The position numbers and the translations under genes are program-made. The notes under the pieces were generated by a model. That model was not told the DNA's origin. It saw only the letters and a list, made by a program, of their open reading frames with translations, and ran no database searches. From NCBI GenBank assembly GCA_049515535.1, contig JBEKTZ010000004.1, positions 265,462-298,607 of the forward strand: a stretch of DNA of 33,146 nt. The letters run 5' to 3'. This document shows positions 24,324-33,146 of this stretch, one piece after another; the stretch's first letter is position 1; each line of letters begins with the position of its first letter. The DNA comes from Candidatus Aminicenantales bacterium. GTDB lineage: Bacteria > Acidobacteriota > Aminicenantia > Aminicenantales > UBA4085.

Positions 24324-25616
24324 ATGAAATGGGTTTACATCGAAGATATCGCCGCTTATAAGGACCAGGACGTCGAAATCCGCGGCTGGGTGTACAATAA
24401 GCGCTCGAGCGGAAAGGTCCGCTTCCTCCTCATCCGAGACGGCACGGGCATTCTCCAAACGACGGTCTTCGGCGGAGACGGCAACCATCCCCTTTTCGGG
24501 AAATTCGACGCACTGACCCAGGAATCCTCGCTCATCGTCCGTGGCCGTATCCGCGAGGACAAACGCGCGCTGGGCGGATATGAGCTCAGCCTCCAGGACA
24601 TCGAGATCCTCCAGATCGCTAAGGACTACCCGATCACGCTCAAGGAGCACACGACGCCTTTTCTCATGGAACACCGCCATCTATGGCTGCGCTCCCGCAA
24701 ACAACATGCCGTCCTCCAGATTCGGGCTGAGGTCGTCAAAGCCATTCGGAACTTTTTCGACGACCGCGGCTTCCGCCTCATGGACACTCCCATCTTGACC
24801 CCAAGCGCCTGTGAAGGGACGACGACGCTTTTCGAGACGAAATATTTCGATCAGATGGCCTATTTGAGCCAGAGCGGTCAGCTCTATAATGAGGCCACGG
24901 CCGCGGCTTTCGGGAAAGTCTACTGCTTCGGGCCGGCCTTCCGCGCCGAGAAATCCAAAACCCGCCGCCATCTGATCGAATTCTGGATGGTCGAACCGGA
25001 AGTCGCTTTCGCAACGCTCGAGGACACCATCGAGCTCGGCCAGGACCTCATCCTGTTCATCATCGAGAGGGTCCTGGCCAAGCGACGGCTCGACCTCGAA
25101 GAGCTCGAGCGCGATCCGAAGCCGCTTGAAAATATCCGGAAGCCCTTTCCGCGAATCACCTACGATGAGGTCGTCCCTAAACTCCGGGAAAAAGGCTCGA
25201 CCATGGAGTACGGCGATGACTTCGGCGCGCCCGAAGAAACGCTCATTTCGGAGCTCTCGACGAGCCCGGTCTGTATCACCCATTTCCCGGCCAAGATCAA
25301 AGCCTTTTACATGCAGCCTGATCAAAAACGTCCCGATCTTGCCCTGGGTGTCGATTTTATGGCTCCCGAAAGCTACGGCGAGATCATCGGTGGCGGCCAG
25401 AGAATCCATGATCTTGAGCTTCTCGAGCGAAGGATCAAGGAGTCCAACCTGCCCCGCGAGGCCTACGAATGGTATATTGATCTTCGCAAGTACGGGTCGG
25501 TCCCCCATTCCGGTTTCGGCCTGGGTGTCGAACGAACGGTATCCTGGATGTGCGGGATCAAACACATCCGCGAGACCATTCCCTTCCCCCGTCTGCTCTA
25601 TCGAATCTATCCCTGA
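24324..25616 (+). CDS. asnS: Asparagine--tRNA ligase
   Basis: OB-fold GWVYNKRSSGK..F...RDGTG, RHLWLRS, CEGTTTLF, YLSQSGQLY, FRAEKSKTRRHL.EFWM.E.E, GEIIGGGQR and PHSGFGLGVER. Confidence 0.95.
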   Translation: MKWVYIEDIAAYKDQDVEIRGWVYNKRSSGKVRFLLIRDGTGILQTTVFGGDGNHPLFGKFDALTQESSLIVRGRIREDKRALGGYELSLQDIEILQIAKDYPITLKEHTTPFLMEHRHLWLRSRKQHAVLQIRAEVVKAIRNFFDDRGFRLMDTPILTPSACEGTTTLFETKYFDQMAYLSQSGQLYNEATAAAFGKVYCFGPAFRAEKSKTRRHLIEFWMVEPEVAFATLEDTIELGQDLILFIIERVLAKRRLDLEELERDPKPLENIRKPFPRITYDEVVPKLREKGSTMEYGDDFGAPEETLISELSTSPVCITHFPAKIKAFYMQPDQKRPDLALGVDFMAPESYGEIIGGGQRIHDLELLERRIKESNLPREAYEWYIDLRKYGSVPHSGFGLGVERTVSWMCGIKHIRETIPFPRLLYRIYP

Positions 25617-25662
25617 GAATCGGGTTTCCATAACGTTTTTTGACGTCTTTTCGTAAAAGGCC

Positions 25663-26982
25663 ATGAAAAAAGTCACGCTCATCACGTTTGGCTGCGCCAA
25701 GAATCTCGTCGATAGCGAGGTCATGGCCGGATGCCTCCATGCCGCGGGCTATGCGACCATCGCCGAAGCCGCAAAAGCGGATATCATCATCCTGAATACC
25801 TGCGGTTTCATCGGACCGGCTAAAGACGAGGCCGAAGCGGCCATCCAAAACGTCCTCCGGCTGAAGAAGAAAGTCCGGAATAAAAAAATCATCGTCATGG
25901 GCTGCTACGTCGAACGATATGGACCCCTCTTGAAAGCCGCGTATCCCGATGTGGATGCCTGGGCCGGGGTCAAAGACTTCGATCAGATCGTCAAGATCAT
26001 CGAGGGAAGATCGTATTCCGGATCCGGACGGACGTTTCTCTATGGCCACGAAACGCCTCGCGCGATATCGACGCCGGCCTCATGGGCTTATGTCAAGATC
26101 TCCGAGGGATGTTCCCATCAATGCTCTTTCTGCGCGATCCCGTTGATCAAGGGAGCCTACAGGTCCCGGCCGATCTCGTCGATCGTCAAAGAGGTCCGGC
26201 GGCTCGCGGCCGGAGGCGTCAAGGAAATCAATCTGATCTCTCAGGATACGACGTATTTCGGCAGGGACCGCGAAAAACCGGGTGATCTGGTCGGACTCCT
26301 TGAAAAACTCGTCCGGATTCACGGAATCGAATGGATCCGCCTGCTATATGGATATCCGGAAGAGATCACGGACGCTTTGATCGAGATCATGGGAGAGCCG
26401 AAGATCTGCCCCTATTTCGATATTCCCTTCCAGCATTCCGATCCGGCCATCATCCAAAGGATGCGACGGGCGATGGACGGCAACCGGGCCCTCAAGCTCC
26501 TCGACAAAATCCGGAATCGGTTGCCGGAGGCCTCGTTTCGTACGTCGGTTATCGTCGGGTTTCCGGGAGAAGGACGGAAGGAATTCGCCCGCCTCCAATC
26601 GTTCGTAAGGGCCGCCCGGTTCGATCATCTTGGCGTGTTCACGTATTCGAAAGAAGATGGGACGAGCGTGTGCCGACTCGGAGATTCTGTAGCGGAGAGC
26701 ACAAAAAAAAGCCGGCGCGATCGCATCTTGGAGATCCAAGCCGGGATTTCAGCGGAAAAACTCAAGACTTTTGTCGGCAGAAACATCGATGTTTTGATCG
26801 AAGGGATCTGGAAAAACGATCGCCGCTTTCTCATCGGGCGCTCCCGTTTTCAAGCGCCGGAAGTCGACGGCATCGTTCTCGTGAAACCGCCGACCGGACA
26901 AAAATGGGACGGCGGTCCGATTCAAAAAGTTGAAATCTTATCTTCGGAAGTATATGATCTGTTCGGAAAAGCATTAGGATGA
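25663..26982 (+). CDS. rimO: Ribosomal protein S12 methylthiotransferase RimO
   Basis: GCAKNLVDSE, NTCGFI, radical-SAM motif KISEGCSHQCSFCAIP, QDTT.FG, IVGFPGE and TRAM-domain QAPEVDG. Confidence 0.93.
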   Translation: MKKVTLITFGCAKNLVDSEVMAGCLHAAGYATIAEAAKADIIILNTCGFIGPAKDEAEAAIQNVLRLKKKVRNKKIIVMGCYVERYGPLLKAAYPDVDAWAGVKDFDQIVKIIEGRSYSGSGRTFLYGHETPRAISTPASWAYVKISEGCSHQCSFCAIPLIKGAYRSRPISSIVKEVRRLAAGGVKEINLISQDTTYFGRDREKPGDLVGLLEKLVRIHGIEWIRLLYGYPEEITDALIEIMGEPKICPYFDIPFQHSDPAIIQRMRRAMDGNRALKLLDKIRNRLPEASFRTSVIVGFPGEGRKEFARLQSFVRAARFDHLGVFTYSKEDGTSVCRLGDSVAESTKKSRRDRILEIQAGISAEKLKTFVGRNIDVLIEGIWKNDRRFLIGRSRFQAPEVDGIVLVKPPTGQKWDGGPIQKVEILSSEVYDLFGKALG

Positions 26983-27428
26983 GAGCATTAGCCAGAATAT
27001 TCGCAACCTTCTTCGGTTCTGGTTTTTTTCCGGTTGCGCCAGGGACATTCGCCAGTCTTATCGCCGCTCTCCTGTTTAAGTTCATTTTAGCCTCCTGGTC
27101 CTGGCCGTTATTCGCTGGACTGATCGTTCTGATTTTTTGTCTTGGGGTGCCGGCGGCGACGGCCTTTTCAAAAGAGCTGGGCCAAAAGGATCCGCACGAA
27201 ATCGTCATCGATGAAGTCTGCGGCCAGTGGATCGCTTATCTATGGAGCCCCGGAACCTGGCTCCCTGTGCTCATCGGATTCTTTCTCTTCCGGATCTTTG
27301 ACGTGCTCAAGCCGTTTCCCATCCGCAGGCTGGAGCGGCTTCCCGGCGGTTGGGGCATCATGGCCGACGACGTCCTGGCCGGCCTCTATGCGGCGTTCGT
27401 CCTTCACCTCTATCTCCTGATAAAATGA
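26979..27428 (+). CDS. pgpA: Phosphatidylglycerophosphatase A
   Basis: FGSG..PVAPGT, DP.EIVIDEV.GQ, FRIFDVLKPFPI and GGWGIMADD. Confidence 0.93.
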   Translation: MRALARIFATFFGSGFFPVAPGTFASLIAALLFKFILASWSWPLFAGLIVLIFCLGVPAATAFSKELGQKDPHEIVIDEVCGQWIAYLWSPGTWLPVLIGFFLFRIFDVLKPFPIRRLERLPGGWGIMADDVLAGLYAAFVLHLYLLIK

Positions 27429-28672
27429 AGATCGAGATCCTGGCCGTCGGTTCCGAGCTCCTTTCCCCATTTTTCCAGGACACGAACTCGCTTTTTCTGA
27501 CCCGGCGCCTCAATGACCTGGGTTTGGACGTTTCTCTGAAAACCATCGTCGGGGACGATCACGACGACTTGCTGAATAGCATCAGGGACGCTTTGCCGAG
27601 GGCGGGCCTTCTTTTGATCATGGGAGGCCTGGGTCCCACTTCGGACGATATCACCCGTGAAGTCTGCGCCGAAGCTCTGGGCAAAAAACTTCTTTTCGAT
27701 CAAGATCTCGGCCAAGGCATCGAAGCGCATTTCCGGCGCCGGGGTAAGGATATGCCCTCCTCCAATAGGAAGCAAGCTTTTATCATCGAGGGCGCCGTTG
27801 TTCTGGAGAACAAGAACGGCACGGCTCCTGGCCAATGGATCGTTCATGGCGGCACGCGCATCGCGCTGCTTCCTGGCCCTCCGCACGAGCTCCTGCCTAT
27901 GTTCGAGGAATGCATCTGGCCGAAGCTCGAGGGCCTGGGCCAGGGCGTGACCGCGCGCAGGACGCTGCGTATCACGGGAATGACGGAATCCGAAGTCGAA
28001 AACCACATCTCCGATTTGTATCCAAAAACGCCGGAGTTGCGTCTGACGATCCTATCCTCTCCCGGCCAGATCGAGCTCCATCTGACCGCGTTTTCAAAAA
28101 CCCCTGGCGACGTCGCCGCGACCGGCGTTGAATCCTTGACCCTTGAAATCCGGCGCCGCCTAGGAGACTTTATTTTTTCGTCGACGGGAGAAGATCTGGA
28201 AGCCGTCGTCGGCGGGCTTTTGCGCGAACGACAAAAGACTCTCGCGACGGCCGAGTCCTGCACGGGCGGTCTTCTCGCCGGCCGCATCACGGATGTTTCC
28301 GGAAGTTCGGAATATTTTCTCGAAGGTTTCATCACCTACGCCAATGCGGCGAAAAACGCAAGGCTCGGCGTCCCGCTGGACATGATCGCAGCTCATGGGG
28401 CTGTAAGCCGTGAAGTCGCCGAGGCGATGGCCGCCGGCGTTCGGCAGAAGACGGGCGCGGACTTTGGATTGGCCGTGACCGGAATCGCCGGCCCATCGGG
28501 CGGCACGCCGGAGAAACCCCTCGGACTCGTTTATGCGGCCCTGTCCCGGGAAGACGGCGTGGACGTCCAAAAAAACGTTTTTCTTGGGAAAAGGAATCAG
28601 GTGAGATTCCAAGCCACGCAGAAAGCCTTGGATATGCTCCGCCGAGTCCTCATCGACACACGGCCGAAATAA
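27425..28672 (+). CDS. cinA: Competence/damage-inducible protein CinA (MoCF-like + NMN deamidase domains)
   Basis: EILAVGSELL, DTNS, GGLGPT.DD.T, GTAPG, LPGPP.E, AESCTGG, Y.N..K, GAVS and TGIAGP.GGT..KP.G. ATGA overlap with pgpA. Confidence 0.93.
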   Translation: MKIEILAVGSELLSPFFQDTNSLFLTRRLNDLGLDVSLKTIVGDDHDDLLNSIRDALPRAGLLLIMGGLGPTSDDITREVCAEALGKKLLFDQDLGQGIEAHFRRRGKDMPSSNRKQAFIIEGAVVLENKNGTAPGQWIVHGGTRIALLPGPPHELLPMFEECIWPKLEGLGQGVTARRTLRITGMTESEVENHISDLYPKTPELRLTILSSPGQIELHLTAFSKTPGDVAATGVESLTLEIRRRLGDFIFSSTGEDLEAVVGGLLRERQKTLATAESCTGGLLAGRITDVSGSSEYFLEGFITYANAAKNARLGVPLDMIAAHGAVSREVAEAMAAGVRQKTGADFGLAVTGIAGPSGGTPEKPLGLVYAALSREDGVDVQKNVFLGKRNQVRFQATQKALDMLRRVLIDTRPK

Positions 28673-28688
28673 GCCTGGAGAGGAGACC

Positions 28689-29249
28689 ATGAGGGCCTTT
28701 ATCGCGATCGACCTCGATCCGGAAATCAAAAAAAATCTCATGGATATCCTTCGCCGCTTGAAAAGACTCGCGCCTCATAATGTCGGGTGGGTCAAGGAAC
28801 AGGGAATGCACCTCACCCTCAAATTCCTGGGAGAGATCGACGAGGCCCGGGCGGCCCAAATCAAGGCTTTGATGAAAGACATCGCCGGGATGACCAAGCC
28901 GTTTCCCTTGGAAATGAAAGGAACCGGATTTTTTCCTCCGGAGTCGAGACATCCCCGCGTCCTCTGGATAGGAACGACGGAGCAACCCGTCCTCGCCGAG
29001 CTTCAGGAGCGATTTGAATCCGGACTGGAAAAAATCGGTTTTGGCCGCGAGGACAGGCCTTTTCATCCCCATTTGACGCTCGGCCGAATCAAAGGCCCCT
29101 TTGCTCTCGCCGAGATCATCGCGGAGCTCAAAAAACATGAAGCGGCCGCGTTCGGCGAAATGATTGTCGACAAGGTCACGCTTTTCAAGAGTGTCCTGAA
29201 GCCGACTGGAGCCGAATATTCCGTTCTCGAGGAAAGTCTTTTTTCGTGA
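28689..29249 (+). CDS. thpR: RNA 2',3'-cyclic phosphodiesterase (2H family)
   Basis: MRAFIAI and two HxT motifs (HLTLKFLG, PHLTLGR); PRVLW. Confidence 0.93.
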   Translation: MRAFIAIDLDPEIKKNLMDILRRLKRLAPHNVGWVKEQGMHLTLKFLGEIDEARAAQIKALMKDIAGMTKPFPLEMKGTGFFPPESRHPRVLWIGTTEQPVLAELQERFESGLEKIGFGREDRPFHPHLTLGRIKGPFALAEIIAELKKHEAAAFGEMIVDKVTLFKSVLKPTGAEYSVLEESLFS

Positions 29250-29845
29250 AGATCATTTACGCGCTTTTGGCCTATTTCGTCGGCGCTCTGCCTTCGGGAT
29301 ATCTGTTCTTTCGGGCCTCCGAGAAAAAAGATATCCGCGAGTTTGGCAGCGGGGCCACGGGCGCGACGAACGTCCTAAGGCTTAAGGGCTGGAGATACGC
29401 CATTCCCGTGGCTTTCTTGGACCTCCTTAAAGGATTCCTCCCGGCCTTTTTCGCCTTGAAGATCTTCGGGGACCCGCAGCTGGCCGTTATCTGCGCCTCT
29501 CTGGCCGTGTTGGGGCATTGCTTTCCCATCTATATCGGCTTCCGAGGTGGAAAAGGCGTCGCGACGGCCGCCGGGGCTATGTCCGCTGTCGCCTTGGGAC
29601 CGGCGCTTCTGAGTCTCGTTGTTTTCGTGGTGACGGTCGTGCTGACCCGTTTCGTCTCGCTGGGGTCGATCCTTGGCGCCGTTGCTTTTCCTATTTTCAT
29701 GGTTCTCTTCAAAATGCCGGCGCCTCTCATCGTCTTGAGTTTACCCATCCTTTTGATTATCCTGATAAGACACGGCGAAAACATGAAACGCCTCTCGCGC
29801 GGCAAGGAGAGAAAATTCGGCCAAAAGATCGATAGGCAACCATGA
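29246..29845 (+). CDS. plsY: Glycerol-3-phosphate acyltransferase PlsY
   Basis: DIREFGSG..GATNV.R, DLLKG, GHCFP....FRGGKGVAT, RFVSLGS and RH.EN..RL..G.E. GTG start overlaps the thpR stop. Confidence 0.93.
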   Translation: MKIIYALLAYFVGALPSGYLFFRASEKKDIREFGSGATGATNVLRLKGWRYAIPVAFLDLLKGFLPAFFALKIFGDPQLAVICASLAVLGHCFPIYIGFRGGKGVATAAGAMSAVALGPALLSLVVFVVTVVLTRFVSLGSILGAVAFPIFMVLFKMPAPLIVLSLPILLIILIRHGENMKRLSRGKERKFGQKIDRQP

Positions 29846-30837
29846 ACGCGAGCGTCATCGGCGGCGGGAGCTGGGGGTCGGCTTTCGCTCTATACCTCGG
29901 CCGGAACAAGATCCGGACGAAACTGTGGATCCGCGAACCGGAGATCTTTGAGGCGGTCGTCCGGGAGAAAGAAAACAAGGTCTTTCTCGCCGGCTTCAAA
30001 TTCCCGCCCGACGTTTCGTTTCATCACGATCTCGATCAAGCCCTCCAAGGATCCGAACTCATTTTCGTCGCCGTCCCTTCCCAGTTCAGCCGCAAGATTT
30101 ATGCCCGCCTCGCGCCTCATCTCACGGCGGAGCACTCCGTGATCAGCCTCACGAAAGGCATCGAAAAACGGACGCTTCTCCGAATGAGCGAAGTCATGGC
30201 CGAGGTCTTCGCTCCGTCATCCCGTCCTCGACTCGGCGTTCTATCGGGCCCGAGTTTTTCAAAGGAGGTCGCCCAAGGGCTTCCGACGGCGCTTGTCCTG
30301 GCTTCCGCTGACCTTCAGTGGGCCGCGGGAATCCAGCATCTCGTTTCGAGCCCGACGCTCCGGATTTATACAAGCGGCGACGTGACGGGGGTCGAAATCG
30401 CGGGCTCCCTCAAAAACGGCATCGCCATCGCGGCGGGGATCAACGATTCCCTTCAGTTCGGAAACAACGCGCGCGCCGCTCTGATGACGCGAGGACTGGC
30501 CGAGATAACCCGGCTCGGCGTCAAACTCGGCGCGCGGAAAGAAACCTTTTTCGGTTTGGCCGGCATCGGCGACCTGATGCTCACCTGCACTGGGCTTCTC
30601 AGCCGCAACCGGCACGTCGGCGAAGAGCTCGGCAAAGGAAGAACGCTTTCGAGCATAATCGCCGGCATGCGCACGGTGGCCGAAGGCATCTCGACAACAC
30701 TGTCGGCCCGCGCGCTGGCTCAGCGCGAGCGCGTTGAGATGCCGATTTTCGAGCAAGTCTATCAGATTCTTTACAGGAAAAAGGATCCCCGGACGGCTTT
30801 GGCCGATCTGATGTCCCGGACGCTCAAAGGCGAATGA
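29842..30837 (+). CDS. gpsA: NAD(P)H-dependent glycerol-3-phosphate dehydrogenase
   Basis: GGGSWG, AVPS, KGIE, SGPSF..EV, GSLKN, GLAGIGDL..TC...SRN and AEG. Confidence 0.94.
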   Translation: MNASVIGGGSWGSAFALYLGRNKIRTKLWIREPEIFEAVVREKENKVFLAGFKFPPDVSFHHDLDQALQGSELIFVAVPSQFSRKIYARLAPHLTAEHSVISLTKGIEKRTLLRMSEVMAEVFAPSSRPRLGVLSGPSFSKEVAQGLPTALVLASADLQWAAGIQHLVSSPTLRIYTSGDVTGVEIAGSLKNGIAIAAGINDSLQFGNNARAALMTRGLAEITRLGVKLGARKETFFGLAGIGDLMLTCTGLLSRNRHVGEELGKGRTLSSIIAGMRTVAEGISTTLSARALAQRERVEMPIFEQVYQILYRKKDPRTALADLMSRTLKGE

Positions 30838-30855
30838 GGGAAAATGAGGTCTGTC

Positions 30856-31635
30856 ATGAAATCCAAACCATCGATCATTCTTGTCATCGCGCTCTGCCTG
30901 GCGGCCTGCGCTCCGACGCAGAACAAGCCCGCCTCGCAGGATGAAAGAAATCCGCAGTTTCAGTATGAGAGGGCCATCGTGTGCATGCAGTACGGGTTCG
31001 CGGACGAGGCTGTGAAATATCTCAATCAGGCGCTCCTTCTCGATCCGCGCCATTATCTGTCGTATAACCTCTTGGGGCTGGCTTATATGATGAAGGCGAA
31101 CCTGCCGGCGGCCGTTCAGGCTTTCGAGAATTGTATCGCCATCCAAGCGGACTTTTCCGAGGCCCAAAACAACGTCGGAACGGCTTATCAGGAACAAGGG
31201 CAGACGGAGAAAGCGGAAGCGGCCTTCAAAAAAGCTTACAGTTTGAGCCAAAACTACAATGCCAGCTATAATCTGGCCAAAATCTACTACGGACAAAACA
31301 AATTCGACCTGGCTTTGGATTTTATCCAAAAATCTCTAGACAAATACGATCGCTCTCTTCTGGCTTGGAATCTCCGGGGATTGATCTATGAAAATTTGAA
31401 TAAATTCGACGATGCCGTTTCCAGCTACCAGCGGGCTCTGAAGATCGTTCCCAACGAAGTGAACGTCAGTTTCAACCTCGGCATTGTTTACTACAATAAC
31501 GGCCAATTCGACAAAGCCAAGGAGATCCTGGAAAAAGCCAGGGACAGCCTGGCCAAAGCGCCCGCTAACTCGAAAAACGATGATATCAAAGCGAAGATCA
31601 ACGATGTTCTGAAAAAGATCCGGGAACGGAGCTAA
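30856..31635 (+). CDS. TPR-repeat lipoprotein (PilF/PilW-like)
   Basis: Lipobox LAAC after a hydrophobic stretch; repeated TPR patterns (YNLLG, NNVG..Y, YNLA, WNLRG, FNLG). The start may be 30844. Confidence 0.8.
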   Translation: MKSKPSIILVIALCLAACAPTQNKPASQDERNPQFQYERAIVCMQYGFADEAVKYLNQALLLDPRHYLSYNLLGLAYMMKANLPAAVQAFENCIAIQADFSEAQNNVGTAYQEQGQTEKAEAAFKKAYSLSQNYNASYNLAKIYYGQNKFDLALDFIQKSLDKYDRSLLAWNLRGLIYENLNKFDDAVSSYQRALKIVPNEVNVSFNLGIVYYNNGQFDKAKEILEKARDSLAKAPANSKNDDIKAKINDVLKKIRERS

Positions 31636-31640
31636 CCGGA

Positions 31641-32900
31641 TTAAGTCCCTTCTTCCCAGTCCGCCAGATATTTATTCTGCTCGACGGTCAGCGTGTCGAT
31701 CCTGATGCCCATCGTGGCGAGCTTCATGCGGGCAATGTCCTTGTCGATTTCTTCAGGCACGGAATACACCTTGTTCTCCAGCGTCTCGGCGTTTTGGACC
31801 AGGTGGACGCAGCTCAAGGCCTGATTGGCGAAGCTCATGTCCATGACCATGGCCGGGTGGCCTTCGGCCGCGGCCAGGTTGATCAAACGGCCTTCACCCA
31901 GAAGGTAGATTTTCCGGCCGTCGGCAAGCGTAAATTCTTCGACGAATTCGCGGATCATCTTTCTGCTCTTCGAGAGAGCGGCCAGCGCCGGGATATCGAT
32001 TTCCACGTTGAAGTGACCGGAGTTGGCGACAATCGCGCCGTCCTTCATTTTCAGAAAATGCCGCTGTCCGATCACGGTTTTGTTGCCCGTCACCGTCACG
32101 AACACGTCCCCGATCCTGGCCGCTTGGCCCATAGGCAGGACGTCATAACCGTCCATCACCGCCTCGATGGCCTTGAGCGGGTTGACCTCGGTAACGATGA
32201 CTCGGGCTCCGGCGCCCTGCGCCCTCATGGCCAGGCCGCGGCCGCACCAACCGTAGCCGGCAATGACGAAGTTCGAGCCGGCCAGGAGGACGTTGGTCGC
32301 CCGGAGAATGCCGTCGAGCGTGCTTTGACCCGTGCCGTAGCGGTTATCGAAAAAGTGCTTGGTCTGGGCGTCATTTACGGCGATGATGGGATAGCGGAGG
32401 ACCTTGCCGCGGGCCATGCTCTTCAACCGGATGACGCCGGTCGTCGTCTCTTCGGTGCCTCCGATGATATCCTTGAGGAGTTCCTTGCGCTTGGTGTGGA
32501 TCGTGGTCACAAGGTCCGCGCCGTCGTCCATGGTGATCTGCGGTTTATGGTCAAGAGCGCTGTGGATATGGCGGTAATAAGTCTTGTGATCTTCGCCTTT
32601 GATCGAGAAAACGGGAATGTCATGATATTTGACCAGGGCGGCCGCCAGGTCGTCCTGAGTGCTCAGGGGATTGGAGGCCGTCAACCGAACGTCCGCCCCC
32701 CCGAGCTTCAGCGTTTCCATGAGGTTCCCCGTTTCGGTCGTGACATGGAGACAAGCCGCGATCCGGATGCCTTTGAGCGGTTTTTCCTTCGCCATTTTCT
32801 TCTTGATAGAATCGAGGACAGGCATGAACCGTCTCGACCATTCCATCCGGAGTCTGCCCTTTTCAGCGAGTTTCATATCTTTGACGTCGTGCTGAACCAT
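31641..32900 (-). CDS. ahcY: Adenosylhomocysteinase
   Basis: [60 protein letters not shown] and [22 protein letters not shown] before ATG 32900. Confidence 0.96.
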   Translation of the reverse strand: MVQHDVKDMKLAEKGRLRMEWSRRFMPVLDSIKKKMAKEKPLKGIRIAACLHVTTETGNLMETLKLGGADVRLTASNPLSTQDDLAAALVKYHDIPVFSIKGEDHKTYYRHIHSALDHKPQITMDDGADLVTTIHTKRKELLKDIIGGTEETTTGVIRLKSMARGKVLRYPIIAVNDAQTKHFFDNRYGTGQSTLDGILRATNVLLAGSNFVIAGYGWCGRGLAMRAQGAGARVIVTEVNPLKAIEAVMDGYDVLPMGQAARIGDVFVTVTGNKTVIGQRHFLKMKDGAIVANSGHFNVEIDIPALAALSKSRKMIREFVEEFTLADGRKIYLLGEGRLINLAAAEGHPAMVMDMSFANQALSCVHLVQNAETLENKVYSVPEEIDKDIARMKLATMGIRIDTLTVEQNKYLADWEEGT

Positions 32901-32985
32901 GATCTCTCCTTGTTGGGTTCCGGAAGTCCGATCCGTCTCGGCTCGAGTCATCCGCTTTCCCTCTTAAGGAGGAAAAGTGAACGAT

Positions 32986-33015
32986 AAATTAGCATAAATA
33001 GACGGTCCAATGCAA
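32986..33015 (-). promoter_or_regulatory. Putative ahcY sigma70 promoter
   Basis: Minus strand TTGCAT (33015-33010)-N18-TAATTT (32991-32986), with an extended -10 TGn. Confidence 0.5.
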
Positions 33016-33020
33016 GGAAG

Positions 33021-33146
33021 TGTACTGGGTCAGGACATGGCGGACACCTCTTTCGCCTTGTGGGATCGCTTCCATTTCTGAAAGTACTCATAGGGCGTCT
33101 GGTAGGCTAGCGATTGATGGGGACGAATATAGTTAAACTCATACGC
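33021..33146 (-). mobile_element. Right end of an IS481-like insertion sequence (continues beyond the window)
   Basis: The terminus reads TGTACTGGGTCAGGACATGGCGGACA on the + strand from 33021 (TGT-type end), with the transposase stop inside this putative inverted repeat. Confidence 0.75.
33030..33146 (-). CDS. C-terminal fragment of a DDE (integrase-core) transposase, IS481/IS3 type
   Basis: Hand translation gives AYEFNYIRPHQSLAYQTPYEYFQKWKRSHKAKEVSAMS*, containing the (Y/F)N..RPH.SL...TP signature. Missing from the ORF track. Confidence 0.85.
   Translation of the reverse strand, partial: AYEFNYIRPHQSLAYQTPYEYFQKWKRSHKAKEVSAMS

Noticed and set aside
32901..32985. SAH or SAM riboswitch upstream of ahcY
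   Set aside because: Only a simple hairpin (CTTTTCCTC/GAGGGAAAG on the minus strand) is visible. I could not find the SAH-riboswitch conserved elements; an Rfam scan would settle it.
31794..32987. Long antisense or alternate-frame ORFs (e.g. 31794-32987, 3367-4350, 7322-8296, 8866-9996, 13045-14055, 18147-19289, 24681-25724, 30259-31329)
   Set aside because: Each overlaps a gene with clear family motifs and has none itself. Long shadow ORFs are expected at this GC content and codon bias.
1..33146. CRISPR array, tRNA/rRNA, prophage or defence system
   Set aside because: No periodic repeats, cloverleaf structures, or phage/defence protein motifs were seen by eye; intergenic gaps are short.

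Overview
GC-rich, gene-dense bacterial chromosome segment of mostly housekeeping genes. Gene content and style suggest a diderm anaerobe such as Ca. Aminicenantes/Acidobacteriota (inference only). From left to right: (1) a minus-strand run of PurO-type IMP cyclohydrolase, AICAR-transformylase-only PurH, stand-alone LigD phosphoesterase, M28 peptidase and a GH57 gene cut by the window edge; (2) LOG, VanZ and RlpA; (3) a GT-C-like membrane protein followed by a Tat-exported glycosylasparaginase; (4) two tandem paralogous outer-membrane hypotheticals behind a sigma54-type promoter; (5) an HPrK/PEPCK-like P-loop protein overlapping phosphosulfolactate synthase ComA; (6) a secreted GH63-like hydrolase, a small OMP, an M20 peptidase, a class V aminotransferase with a short SerA, IscS with a stand-alone homocysteine methyltransferase domain, and DUF4416; (7) the asnS-rimO-pgpA-cinA-thpR-plsY-gpsA-TPR cluster and ahcY; (8) the end of an IS481-like element 5 bp from the putative ahcY -35 box. 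The best candidates for something undescribed are the kinase-ComA pair, the sigma54-driven OMP paralog pair and the promoter-adjacent IS. No rRNA, tRNA or CRISPR array was seen. All family assignments come from motif recognition, not database searches.
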